This document shows, piece by piece, positions 36,401 through 48,330 of a stretch of DNA of 49,080 nt (position 1 is its first letter; the number at the start of each line of letters is the position of its first letter). A program made the position numbers and the translations under genes. Source of the DNA: Basidiobolus meristosporus CBS 931.73 (taxonomy: Eukaryota; Fungi; Basidiobolomycota); contig MCFE01000659.1 of NCBI GenBank assembly GCA_002104905.1, positions 1 through 49,080 on the forward strand, in the 5' to 3' direction. The notes beneath the pieces are model-generated. The model made no database searches, was not told the DNA's origin, and saw nothing but the letters and a program-made list of their open reading frames with translations.

Positions 36401-37567
36401 TATATCATGCTGCCCACCAACTCCACCAAGAAGGGTGGATGTAGTTTTGATGGCGATCTATCCGAAATACGACGGAATTCTTGCACAAACTAATCATGTC
36501 AATACTCTCCTCTGCAACATAAATACGCCATGGAATGTCGTGACAAATTCAAAAAACCCACAGCTTTCAACAGTGGTATAATCCGGGCGGTCTGAATGGA
36601 GCTTCTTGATTGGGCGATTTGGCTTCAAAGCTTCATTCAAGTATTATACATAATTCGATCGGTGTATTCAGAAGTTTCATTTCAAATACTGTTGGATTTA
36701 GTGGCTAAATGGATCACCCATAATTTCCGCGTGGGTTAGGAGTTGACGGGTAGGGTAGATATGGTAGCGGGTTTTTCCCACGACCTATCATTGATTTCCT
36801 CAGAATCATGTGACCGTGAGCAAAACATCTCGATAGGCTCGTCTGACGGTCGACGGGGATTGCTAAATGCTACATATAGTGAGACAGTTTGGAGTAGAAA
36901 GGCTAGATATGAAGGTTCTATGCAGTAGCCATTCAAATAGACTTATCAAAGCAATATGAATTGTATCACTTTCATACTCTATTTCGTACATACCGTTTTT
37001 CCATGCTTATGAAATCGTGGATGTCTCCTTGCTTGAATGATAGATGAATATACAAGGGCGTGGGAATAGCTAGGTTCATAATGAGCAGAGCCAACCACAG
37101 CTTCGACATGTAGTCAACTGACTTGGGCTCGGGCACGATGCTAATCCTGAAAAATTTGGAAAGGGTTGGCGAAACGTAAGGGCAGTAATCATCCAGTGAC
37201 CATATCTAGTTCAAGGTCGCCGAAATTTCTGCCAATAGTAGGTGCTTTGGCATATTGAACGGTATCTTCGAATCGCCAAAATGGTTCAATTATGTAGCTT
37301 TGACAATGGGCCCTAAGCCTTGTTTCTTGGTTCTCACCATCATGGAAATCAGGTGAGCATCCAAAAATTCCGGCCAATGCTTGGTGCATTTTGATTCCCA
37401 GTGTTTGACGCACTACCGACCAGCATTAATACCACTCCCTTACCCATTCTTACCCAGAAATGTTCTTTATAAGGCAAATCAGTCCACGTAGTTAAGATGC
37501 GTACAATATTTATATTTCATTTGTATCTTCACCTTTCAGCGGTTGTCTTCCCTCCACTATTAGCGCC

Positions 37568-38926
37568 ATGATTCTCCAAACTATCTTCTCTCAAACCAAG
37601 ACACTTGCTAGAACTGCCAGACTGAGTACAGGAGTTCTTCGTCCTACCTTCTCCTTGGCCACCACCCTCCAACAACGGGCAAACTCCACTGCTGCCGCGG
37701 CTTCCACTTTCCGCGTAAGTTTGAAGCGATGACTTGTGGTTGGTTTTGCATAGTTCTAATGGGCGTTTTCTTTTAAAGGCCGCAGACCTGGAGAAAAGTC
37801 CTAGCACACAGCTCAAAGAACTTGTTCCAAACCAAGATCTTATTTTCGGGCACACTTTCACGGACAACATGCTAATGGTTGAATGGGACGTAGAGAAAGG
37901 TTGGGGAAAGCCAGTCATCAAGCCTTATGGAAAAATCGCCATCGAGCCTAGTTCCGTAGTGCTACATTATTCTTTTGAGGTAAGTCGGTGTACGCAACTG
38001 GCTTCGAGATATCGGGTCTGACCAATTCATGCTAGTGCTTCGAAGGTATGAAAGCGTACAAGGATAAGCAAGGAAGAGTCCGTCTCTTCAGACCAGACTT
38101 GAACATGCAGCGTTTGAACCGTTCCTCCGAAAGACTTACCTTGCCTAATTTCGATGGAAATGAGCTCACCGAGTGTATCAAGGAATTGCTTCGTACTGAT
38201 GATAGATGGATTCCATCAGATCGTGGCTATTCGCTTTATATTCGTCCTACTGTAATTGGTACATCGGAATTCATTGGAGTAGGTCCCAGTGACCGTGCAA
38301 TGTTATTTGTAATCTGTTGCCCAGTGGGTCCCTACTACAAAACCGGTTTCAAGGCAGTTTCTTTGCAGGCTACCGTCGATAAAGTACGTGCCTGGCCCGG
38401 AGGCACTGGTGATTCCAAGATTGGTGGAAATTATGCGCCAGGAATTTTGCCTCAAATCAATGCCATGAAGAAGGGATTCCAACAGAACCTTTGGTTGTTC
38501 GGAGAAGACCACCAAATCACTGAGGTCGGCACCATGAACTGCTTCGTTTTCCTTGAGAACGAACAAGGTGAGAAGGAGCTCGTTACACCACCTCTTAATG
38601 GCATGATTCTTCCTGGTGTTACTAGAGATTCCATTTTGAGCTTAGCCAGAGAATGGAACGAATTCAAAGTCAGCGAACGTAAGATCACCATGTCCGAGAT
38701 TGTGAAGGCAGAAAAGGATGGCCGTCTTATTGAAATGTTTGGTACCGGCACTGCCTGTGTTGTCAGTCCCATCAAGATGATCGGCTATGAAGGCAAGGAA
38801 ATCCATGTTCCTTTGGATCCTAAGGATCCCAATACTCAAGCCGGGCCTTTGACCAAGCGTCTGAATGACACCTTGTTGGCCATTCAGTACGGTGAAATTG
38901 AGCATCCTTGGTCCGTATTGGTTTGA
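37568..38926 (+). CDS. BAT1: Branched-chain amino acid aminotransferase, mitochondrial-type, 412 aa
   Basis: Exons 37568-37714, 37779-37979, 38036-38926. Arg/Thr-rich acid-free presequence, FGHTFTDNML, CFEGMKAY, LFRPDLNMQRL, YIRP, PLP-lysine KIGGNY, EVGTMN, LPGVTR, FGTGTAC. Confidence 0.96.
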
Positions 38927-39464
38927 TTTTGATATATCAGAGTACTGTTGTAAAATACATGTTAGTTTCGAACATCTAAATTTGGAGCATACCCCAAGAA
39001 ATCATTAAATTTGAAGTTCACGCACAAGATGTAGCAGGTCCTCAACCTAATATCCTATATGCCTGAATCGTTGGTTCTAGACTCTACGCGAGGCGAATTG
39101 CTAGCTTAGAGAGTAAGATAAGTTGTCGTGAGATACGAGTATATGATGCAGAGGGAGGAAAGCGCATTGATGCGAAAGCGTGTTTATTACTGGGCATGTT
39201 GAAGCCATATAGCGCCAGCATCTGAGGCATCCATCGTGTGCTTATAGATGACCGTCTCCAGCATGGCTTTGCTTAAAACAGATTTAGCAAAAAGAAAACC
39301 AAGAATCGTGGGTTCTCAACAAACAGCGAAAGATTAAGTAGACCATACATGACTAATAAGAGATTAAATAAGACTGGCATTCTGTACATAAATGGTATGA
39401 TGGCATATGTTCGAAGAAGGTTGGAGCAGTGATTTACTGGGTTGCAAAAAAGATGGAGGCCTCC

Positions 39465-41037
39465 CTACTGATTTGGGACAGACGTGTTTCCCTGCGGATC
39501 GTCCTCTGTTGGTGGAGCCATCAACGATAAGAGCTGTTCTTGATTTACGTGGCTGTAGTCCAACATGCCCGAATAATTATTAAGGAAGTCATCCATATCA
39601 ACGTCGCCTAAATTGAAAATAGGATCGTGAACAGCCAACGGGTCAATTCCAAGCGAAGATGCCAGGGACTCAATATTCTGGTGAAGTTGATCCATTTCGG
39701 ATGTGATAGCTTCGATCGATTTGGAGGTTCCATTAAGGCGTTCATCAAGTGTATTGTGAACTAGTGAGTCGGGTGCGGGGTTTATTGAAGGGTACTTCGA
39801 AGACCCAGGACTAAGAATACGTTCATTTGTGAGTTGGCTTCCAGCCAATGTATTTATGGCTGTAGATGGATTATTTGCTTGGCGTGGAACAGTTTGCGCG
39901 GCAACGATCGGTGCACTGTTGAGGTTTGGTAGAGCTGGTCTATCGTTGAGGAAATCGATGGATGGTACATTCAATTTACGGGCATCTGGGGCTGGAGTTA
40001 TATCATGTAGAATCTCGGCACAGCTTGGTGTAGTATTGATTGGTGGTATACTAGGTTGCGTTGTGGTGAAAATAGAAGGATCTACACAAAAAACATCAGC
40101 TACGACCAGAAGCCAATGCGCTTTAGTATACCAGGAGACTTACCAAATTCTGGAATATGGATAGCGGTGGATGTATTCACGGTTGAAGGATCGAATTCAA
40201 CATTTAACACCGGGGATTTTTCATGTTTCGGAGAAGTATTGTCGGGCATCGAAGGGGTGTCGATATTACCAAGAAGCAGCCTACGCTTTCTAGGAATGAT
40301 TTCTTTGTTTTTGTTTGAGGAGAAAACAGAGGCGAGAAACCGTAGGATCTTGTCGATCGTTTCTTGTTGTCTATTATACCTTTCACGAGAAGAGAGGGTT
40401 TCCTGCCATAGCTGTTGATTCTCTCTTTGTAAATTCTTGAGATCGGCACTAATAGTCAACTGATGCTTTCGAATCGATGCAATCTCGCTCATAACGTTAT
40501 TGAGATCCAATCCACCTGCTTCTTTGTCCTCAACTTCGCGACCTCTCTTTCGGGTAACTAGGTAGAGTAAATCGGGTTGGTTCTTCAAAAAATGCGGGTT
40601 GCTAAACTCCCAACGCTCCGCGCCTTCGTCAGCCTGCAACACTCCCTGCTGAAGATGAGGGATCTTATGGAAACCGTACATATTGAGTTGTCGAACGAAG
40701 CTTGAAAAATTATTGTGTTTGAAAAATCTTGGAAGAACTTCTTTTGCAAATTCCTCGTGTTTGGTCACTATCCGGTACGAAACGAAAATTCTTAATAAAC
40801 CCGTACAGGGACTTGGCCAGAATATCGAATATTGTGGAATACCTATGAAAGAAGTGCCATCTTCTGACCAACGGATGAGTTCATTTGTGGTTGGTTCGCC
40901 CACCATCCTATTAATACCAAACAGGTGAGTGGCTGAAGACGCAAAAATGTCAAGAATACTGTCGTATACTTGTGAAGCTTGTTTAAGAAGGCTGGCACGT
41001 TTTTTCCAGGATGACTTCGAACAGACGTACACATCAT
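39465..41037 (-). CDS. HSF1: Heat shock transcription factor (5' end uncertain)
   Basis: Exons 41037-40970, 40907-40843, 40767-40144, 40081-39465. VPAFLNKLHK/MVGEPTTNELIRWSEDGTSFI/VTKHEEFAKEVLPRFFKHNNFSSFVRQLNMYGFHK DNA-binding domain, HR-A/B heptads ending DKILRFLASVF, and a second heptad segment near the C-terminus. Confidence 0.93.
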
Positions 41038-42030
41038 AACTCTTTCGGTAAAGAAGACAAATATGCTCAACAAAAAGGAATTCACTTGTCAGCAACAGAT
41101 AATATTCGCCTGGAAGCTAGTCAGTAAAGAATGGTAGAGAAAACCAAGCATCCTTATCACAATAGCACACCAATATTCATATTCATCGAGAATGGTGGAG
41201 AGTAACGTGATGTGACATTACAGTTGGAATAGAGATTAGTGAGATTAGTAATATTATGGATAAATATGCAAATAATCACTAGCTGACCAAACTACCCATA
41301 CATGTTAATCACAATAACGAACATATCCTTAAACCAATCAGTATAATATTTTGAAAGATTGTCTCACAAATGGGCCTGAAATCTCTTCATGATTGGAATC
41401 GCATTTCATGTATCATAGCCAATGGACATAAATTAAAACACATTTATCACCACCTTCCAATGACTGCTTGGTGTATTGATAAACCGAATTAAGTCTACCA
41501 AATATGACATGAAATGTTGGAGTTCAGTTAAGCATTCTTGAACACTTAAGCCACAGTACCCTTCAGATCCAAGTATGCATAGTCTGCTTAATTGTTTGAA
41601 CAGGGCCCTCCCACCTTTCTATAGGCTAACGGCTTTTTTAGTACAAGTAATGAAGTCTAACTGAGGCTTCAATGCTGATAAAGCTAAGCCTACTACTACT
41701 ATAATTGATCATATAGCCAATCTGTTTTTACGATCGGTAAGGGTCAGTTGAGTAAAGTGTTGAAATTCTTTATATCAGACTACCTGTGATAGTAAATGAA
41801 GTATCCGCATAAGTATGTTAGCTCTGATGCCTTGTCAAGTGCAGGCAGTTCGAATATTTCGCAAGAAATATCGCTTGCCTAATCGAATTGGTGTTGCAGT
41901 TCCGATTTACTGATCTGAGCATTCTGTTGTATTCAGATGATTCAATCTATCTTCCGCAAACTCGTGAATCCACCAACCACGCATTCATGCCTGTCTGCAC
42001 CCAGATTCACACCTACTTCCGCATCCGCAT

Positions 42031-42078
42031 CCACACCCACACCCACACCCACACCCACACCCACACCCACACCCACAC
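42031..42078. repeat. Hexanucleotide microsatellite (CCACAC)8
   Basis: Eight exact units, flanked by (CCGCAT)2 upstream and (TCGTAC)3 at ~42110-42127. Confidence 0.95.
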
Positions 42079-42430
42079 TCTCATCTACAACCGCACCTGC
42101 ATTCATATTCGTACTCGTACTCGTACACTTGCACTTTCATTTTCACTTTCAGTTGTTGGTTCGCTTCATCAATCCGAGTGTAAGCACTTGTATATACATG
42201 GGATTTCATCCTTGGATTTGATTTGGCAATTCAGATATTAATCCCAGACCTTGACTAATGTCGATGCCCCGTATTGAGACAAATGGCAAGACAAATATCA
42301 ACGCTGATTCGATGCAGATCATTTACTTCGTGATGATTTTTGTCTAGGTCTGGCAGCTCGTTCATTAGCTGGCATTGAGTATGATAACAGACATGTCTAA
42401 ACTGCATCCCAGGTGGCTTTCACATTCATC

Positions 42431-42485
42431 GGGGTGTGTGTGTGTGCGTGCGTGCGAGGGTGGGTGGGTGAGTGGGTGAGTGAGC
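42431..42485 (+). repeat. GT-rich simple repeat: alternating (GT)n(GCGT)n followed by GGGTGGGTGGGTGAGTGGG
   Basis: Alternating purine-pyrimidine run at 42434-42456. Four G3 tracts at 42458-42476. Confidence 0.85.
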
Positions 42486-43166
42486 AGGTTACGTCAAGAC
42501 AAAGCACCCCATGATATTACCTGCTTGATGCTCAACCGTTTCTGTCTCAGCGACACAAAAGTATCACTTCTCCACACTCCCACTCCCACTCCCTTACAAA
42601 CCACTCACACAAACCAACCAACACCTGGCGTGCGGCAACGCCCCTTAATCATCGCAAGTGGCGTTGGAATGTCGTAGGTGGATCTTCCGAGTCAATTGAT
42701 TGGATGTGACTATTGTGAGGAGGGTGCATTCTGTGGAGAGTGCTTACACCAGGTCTTGATCTATGAGATGGATACCGTTCGCATGTCTCACCCAGCGATG
42801 TAATTAATTTTAGGCTGCCTACATTACCAAGCACATCCACATTTTTTATCCTTATTAGTTGGTCAGTTAGGGCTATTTGGGTATGTGCCCTCCACGGATT
42901 CAATATGCATGCAGGAATGAATTTTACCAAAACTACTCATGCTTCTAACAAAACTGGACCAGGTCCTCCTTTTCCCGTAAAGGAACTCAATTACCAGTGG
43001 AGCTGCTCGTTAATGCCTTTCCTTGAGTACAAATATAAACTGGATAGCGTTCTTGTAAATCTTTCAGCATTCTTTCTTGACCTCAGTGTTGAAGCACATC
43101 CGATTTTTGAATACTCTTTGCCACAAAGAATCATTGTAATACTTTTCCGGTCCATATAGATCCAAT

Positions 43167-44167
43167 ATGTTTGCAAAGATGGCACGCCTTCACCTTGGGG
43201 TAAACCCTTACAATGTCAAATCCAACTTTGAAGTTGATTTCCCAGTCACGTCACATTTCATATCTTCTAAGATGTTGGCTACTCTACGTGCATTTATCCT
43301 TCTCTACTCTCTAGTCGCATTCAGCGTAAGTCTGTTTGTGAATAGATCGAGCCTTGCATTATTTCTTGGGCAAATTACTACTCTTTCATATATCGGCGCT
43401 ATTATTCACTTCTCCGTGAGTAAACAGTTGTTGCTTGCCAGTTGTGGAACACTAGCTAATTATGAGATTCTCAGGTCAACCTGTACTACTCGATTCGGTA
43501 CCTTACTTCCGAAGATGACTACCTACTCCATTCCTTCATATCTCGTAGGATTGGCTTCCGCTATTTCGTTTGGTTTATTCGTGACACTGTGGTGATCTAT
43601 CAATTCTTACTGCCGCCATGGTACTGGAGTCAATGGATCAACGGTTCCATTGCGATTCAAGGAAACCTGAATTTATGGATCGAATTTTCATTTAATGGAG
43701 TGAACTTCCTTTTCGTGTGCCTGGAGATTTTCATGTCACGGTGGCAACTTATTCTCATGCATCTCCCCATTGTGCTATTGGTGGTTCCTTTGTACTTCGT
43801 CTTTTCTTGGTTTGTAACATTTATGTAAGTATATTTGCCCATCGAATTCGCTCCAAGTTCCAAGTATTGATTTTTTTCCAGCCATGGGAGTCCACTCTAT
43901 TTGATGTCGGAATACAATCAAAAGCAAGGATCGATTGTGGTGGCTTTCTTCATTTCTTTGGCCATAGTGACGCTGGCGTTCTTGATTGTGTACTGTCTTC
44001 ATCGAATACGCAATATGCTTGGTGACTCAATGATCAGGAGCCATTTGAATCGCCGCCGTTCCGACCTTGAACTTATTGAGAATGGCTCGCGCCGCAAGAG
44101 CACAGTAGAAATCAATACAGCTACGCAAACCCCTCCTTCTGGGATGTCATGCTTTCTATTTTTCTGA
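43167..44167 (+). CDS. Multi-pass membrane protein, FAR-17a/AIG1-like by motif, 294 aa
   Basis: Exons 43167-43415, 43475-43824, 43882-44167 keep frame. About six hydrophobic spans. VTSHFISS..LRAFILLYS, QITTLSY and CLEIFMSR match the pattern I recall for fungal FAR-17a/AIG1-like proteins. Confidence 0.7.
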
Positions 44168-44579
44168 ACTGTTTTACTTTTCCTGCCTCTCTCTACCAGC
44201 ATCTCGACTTAATTTATGGGGCGATGTTCCATTGATCTCAGTTCAAGAAGGACGCTAATTAGGCTATATGTAGATATTTAGTAAAGTGACACAACATTCT
44301 GGATTTTATTACTTCGAAGTCATATCAAACACTGGTCGATCCAGCAATAAATTCATTTCTGAGCCCCACACTACGAGATAAAAACTGTAAGAGGGGTACA
44401 TTCATGCCCACATGTTGAAGGGATTCATTGAGCTCTGTTGAGTTAGTGCCGAGGTTTAGAATCAGCGAAATATCATGATGATGCCGTTGCTTCATATCTA
44501 ACGGTTTAGCGTCATCTATGCCTAGAGGTTGGACTTAATCAGTGGAATATATCGAGTTCATCCAGTCCAGAGCACATGA

Positions 44580-45503
44580 TTAAAGAGATATCCGTGACTC
44601 CAGGCTGCTATTTTGGCTTAGAAAAAGATGATCGATTACAGTAAACAAATCTGCTTCGACCCAATCCTCACAGGCATAATCGGATATACGAACAAGAAAG
44701 TCAGTCACGCTCCAATCCACCCATTTTGGTTCTTGAATCCCCTCTTTGATGAAGACTTGGCCATATGTGGGGCTCCCGGCAGAGACATCTAGCAACACTG
44801 ATAATGTTGGAACCTGGAAACGGCCAGCGATTTCAAGAAAGACAGCAGGTGCTTCGGATTGTGTGCATTCCCGGTTTAAATGGATTAATCGAAGTGGCCC
44901 AGAGCGAGTATTACCCCAATGCATTCCGTGCCATAGATTATCCATATACCCAAAGTATGTATTATACCAAAATCTCTCCCCGTATTTAGTTAGCAGGAAT
45001 ACAAAGTCTACCGGTAGTGGATACGATTCTCGCCAACTCAGTTGAAGCATTGCTAATTCACGGAGCTCCATAGAGACAGGTGGTTGCTGTTTATATTCAG
45101 CTGCTGCTCCACTAGTTTGGAACATGCAAGCACTTTGAAAAGCTTTGGTGGATTGCCGTTGGAGCGTGCTTATCTGATGGAGAACATGGAACTGGCGAAG
45201 TGTGTTTGAATTCGACTCAATGGTGAGGATATTGGGAAACCTCAACTTGAGAGGCCCCGGTGCTTTATCCAGTTCAATATCATAGCAACTGCCCTGTAGT
45301 GTGCCTTTTACTTTGGAAATGCCAGAGTTCGGTAGGAATTCGTGGAATGCTTGTTCAAGAAAAGCTTCCTGTTTGGCTATGTAAGTTTCAAAAGCCTTTT
45401 GCGTCTGGGAAAGCCTGAGGATATCCCATATTGTGAAGTACGATATAATTTTATCCCAAAGCTCTAGTGGCAATACTTCAAATAGGCCGTTGTTCTGCAA
45501 CAT
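44580..45503 (-). CDS. F-box protein with a C-terminal SMI1/KNR4 (SUKH)-like domain, 307 aa, single exon
   Basis: N-terminal LPLELWDKIISYFTIWDILRLSQTQKAF F-box. C-terminal LPVDFVFLLTKYG and LLDVSAGSPTYGQVF..WSVTDFL resemble the SUKH-fold motifs LPxDYxxFL and lD..g...GqV...S.xeFL. Confidence 0.75.
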   Translation of the reverse strand: MLQNNGLFEVLPLELWDKIISYFTIWDILRLSQTQKAFETYIAKQEAFLEQAFHEFLPNSGISKVKGTLQGSCYDIELDKAPGPLKLRFPNILTIESNSNTLRQFHVLHQISTLQRQSTKAFQSACMFQTSGAAAEYKQQPPVSMELRELAMLQLSWRESYPLPVDFVFLLTKYGERFWYNTYFGYMDNLWHGMHWGNTRSGPLRLIHLNRECTQSEAPAVFLEIAGRFQVPTLSVLLDVSAGSPTYGQVFIKEGIQEPKWVDWSVTDFLVRISDYACEDWVEADLFTVIDHLFLSQNSSLESRISL

Positions 45504-48330
45504 GGTTCATTCCACCTGTTGGCAGCAGCAGTTGACTAAAATTAAGGAAGCTGGAGTAAATCATAAAAATCCCGCACTGTCCCAAATTAGCATTACCCCA
45601 ACAATCCCGACTATTTTCAAAAACTTTTCGAATTGTAAGGTAAAAGTATTTCACGGCGGGGTCAATGTTGGATACTGAAAGGTATTTAATGTGCTTTTTC
45701 TGAAAGCAAATCTTTGAATCAGAAATGATATTGTCAAATCATTATGTATATTGCAGCCACTGTTTAACATGACCATTCCACTCCTGCTTGTGAGCAAACC
45801 AACAATCTACCAATATGGCCATTCATAGCAACGCCATCAATGAATCCTTGAACATAGCTGTACAAACTACCTATATTCGTATTCTATGAAATTGATACTA
45901 ACTAAACTGCACACAGAGTAGCCAAAGCCTGTTGGAAAGGGCATCTGATTCGGCCACCGATACAGTGATTCAAGATAGGTATCAAATAGATGCCCCTTTA
46001 AAAGCATCTGCTGTTTCCAATGACTCTGTTGATGGTAGTTCCAGTATAATGTTGCAAGCAAGTAATACCTCAACCATACATGTATCTCATTATGATGCAA
46101 TGTTATACCATAGTATAATAGCCACATTTTTCGACTGTTCATAAGCTAATGTATTACCTTCCCCCATCGCATTCGCGACATTCGAGTTGATGTTGATGGA
46201 TCTTATGATGCAGGGTCCTGAGACAGGTATCATCTGTATATATTGAAGGTAAATATCAAGTTTCAAGTTGCTGGGCCCACAAGCAAATACGTATTTAACT
46301 TGGCACCCTTTTTTATGTGCTTTCGGACACATCGATGAAATTTGATCAACATTAATTAAAAATTAGAATTAGCTCTGCTCCTACATAAACAAATTAAATA
46401 CATCGCGCGACACAAAATTTGACCTACACCCTTTTGGTACATCTTAGGCATTGCTATCACACATAACGCCATTCCTTCCTTTTCCTTGCTTTCATATGGT
46501 AGAGCAGCAGCCGTAATGGCAACAAAAATCTTGGTGAGAAATCAAAGCGGCTACATTGAAGTGATACAAATAGCAATTATTGTTTAGCCAAGCAAACTCT
46601 AGTGGCTCCTGAAGCAAAGAATAATCAAGCGCCATTACGCACGACCAGTATACGTTGAATGGTTCAGACACATCGCGCCGCAAAAATATCAACTCAGATT
46701 GAATCTAGATACGTCTGTCGCCATAGAGTCGATCCAGATTCACGTGATTCAAGTCACACGCTCTTGAGTAGGAGCTGCAGTATAAGCTCAACGGAGAGTT
46801 TTGCCAATAGTCCAAGTATCCAAAGTTCATTCAAGCGTAGAGGTATGCAACATTAAAAAAACCTATTCGCGATCTGAGGTCCCAGATAACAAGAAATCAA
46901 CATGTATCATTAGAAATGCTAATCACATCACATTTCATTTTTTGCAGCTTTGTTCCCAGTAGCTCATTGGTTCAGGTGATTATTAGAATAGTTGTACTGT
47001 TCTTGATATTTGCACATTTACATAAAGTAATTCCATTTGTTCTACATAGGACTAGCTAACTGACTCACTTGTGCGATCTTCGAAACAGGTCACCCTCTAA
47101 CTTCCACTCTTTGCTGATTAGCACAACCTCTCAGGTAGGACGAGCTCCTCCAATTTGTTCTCGCCGACGTTCTGTTAAACCACCCCTATCTCTACGCCCA
47201 CGCCTATACCCTCACTCCCACTTGCCTACTCATCTGCTCGGTCCACTACCCAGAGTGCCATGTGAGCCATGAGAGTAACGGGTGGATACGCGTTCTCTTC
47301 ATTTCTAACAAACTGGTTCGCTGCATAAAAGTGCCTATTCCGCGACACAATCTAATAGTGATTTTTCCAAACATTACCAAATTGTTGTTCGTAGTGAGGC
47401 TTGGTAATACATGATGCTTGCTTGTACTATCCGTCGCCACAGTAGCCCATAGAGACATGGCCTATTGTTTGTCGTCCAAGTTTGCATTGCGCGATGTAAC
47501 TTTTAATGAGGGATAATAGTGGGTGCTTTAGATAAGCTTAGAACGTTACAGATATTCTAAAATGTGGCATCTAGCATGTAATGCATATTGATCATTTGAT
47601 AATTCTACATGCGTAGGTAAAGGGGATATACCCTTTTAAAGTCAATGTAGATTGCCTTGTCAAACACTATGGCATATGCCTTGCTCCATCATTTGTAATG
47701 CAATGCTAGTAGTTAATGACAGCATCGAGAAGTGCATACTGGTGCCCGATGCTAAGCAAACAATCTGCACGCATTGAGATCGTTTCTCACCTGTTTGTAT
47801 CAATTATTTATTGAAAGCCAACTCATCTAGGTGTTACAAAGTAACGATAATATATGGGGATTTCACTTGGATCCTTACTCATACCAACCTTTACCTCCCC
47901 TTTCCTCCTGTCTTTTTTACCAATCTTTTATTCAAGACACCGTTAGCCTAATTTGGCGATTCCCCAAAGCATATCTGTTACTACTCCCACTTTATCCTGT
48001 TGCATTTCGATTGGAATCGTTAATTCATAGCGTAACGCAACTACATAAACACGTTGGGCGGGGTTTGTTGCCTTCGATTTTTTATCTACACATTTCCAGC
48101 CAATTCTTTTTACTTCGCCTACTTTCGCTTTCCCCCGTTCTATGAAGGCCCATTTTTGTCTGCCTTTACCATATCGTTTTCCCAGAGATTTTTGCTAAGC
48201 CGTTGACAAATATCTCAGGATTGGTCTCGCTTCCACTGTATCTTTTACGATTTGATCATCCGTGTACCTGGAAGGAATTCTGTTTAAGCATAGCGAATTT
48301 TTCACTTGGACAAGCAGCTGGTTGCCTATC

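Noticed and set aside
42031-42078. (CCACAC)n as an interstitial telomere
   Set aside because: Internal, only 48 bp, and embedded among other hexamer microsatellites; slippage is the simpler explanation.
45600-48250. Short ORFs in the 2.7-kb gap before the TBC gene
   Set aside because: No motifs, splice-consistent chains or repeats that I could support.
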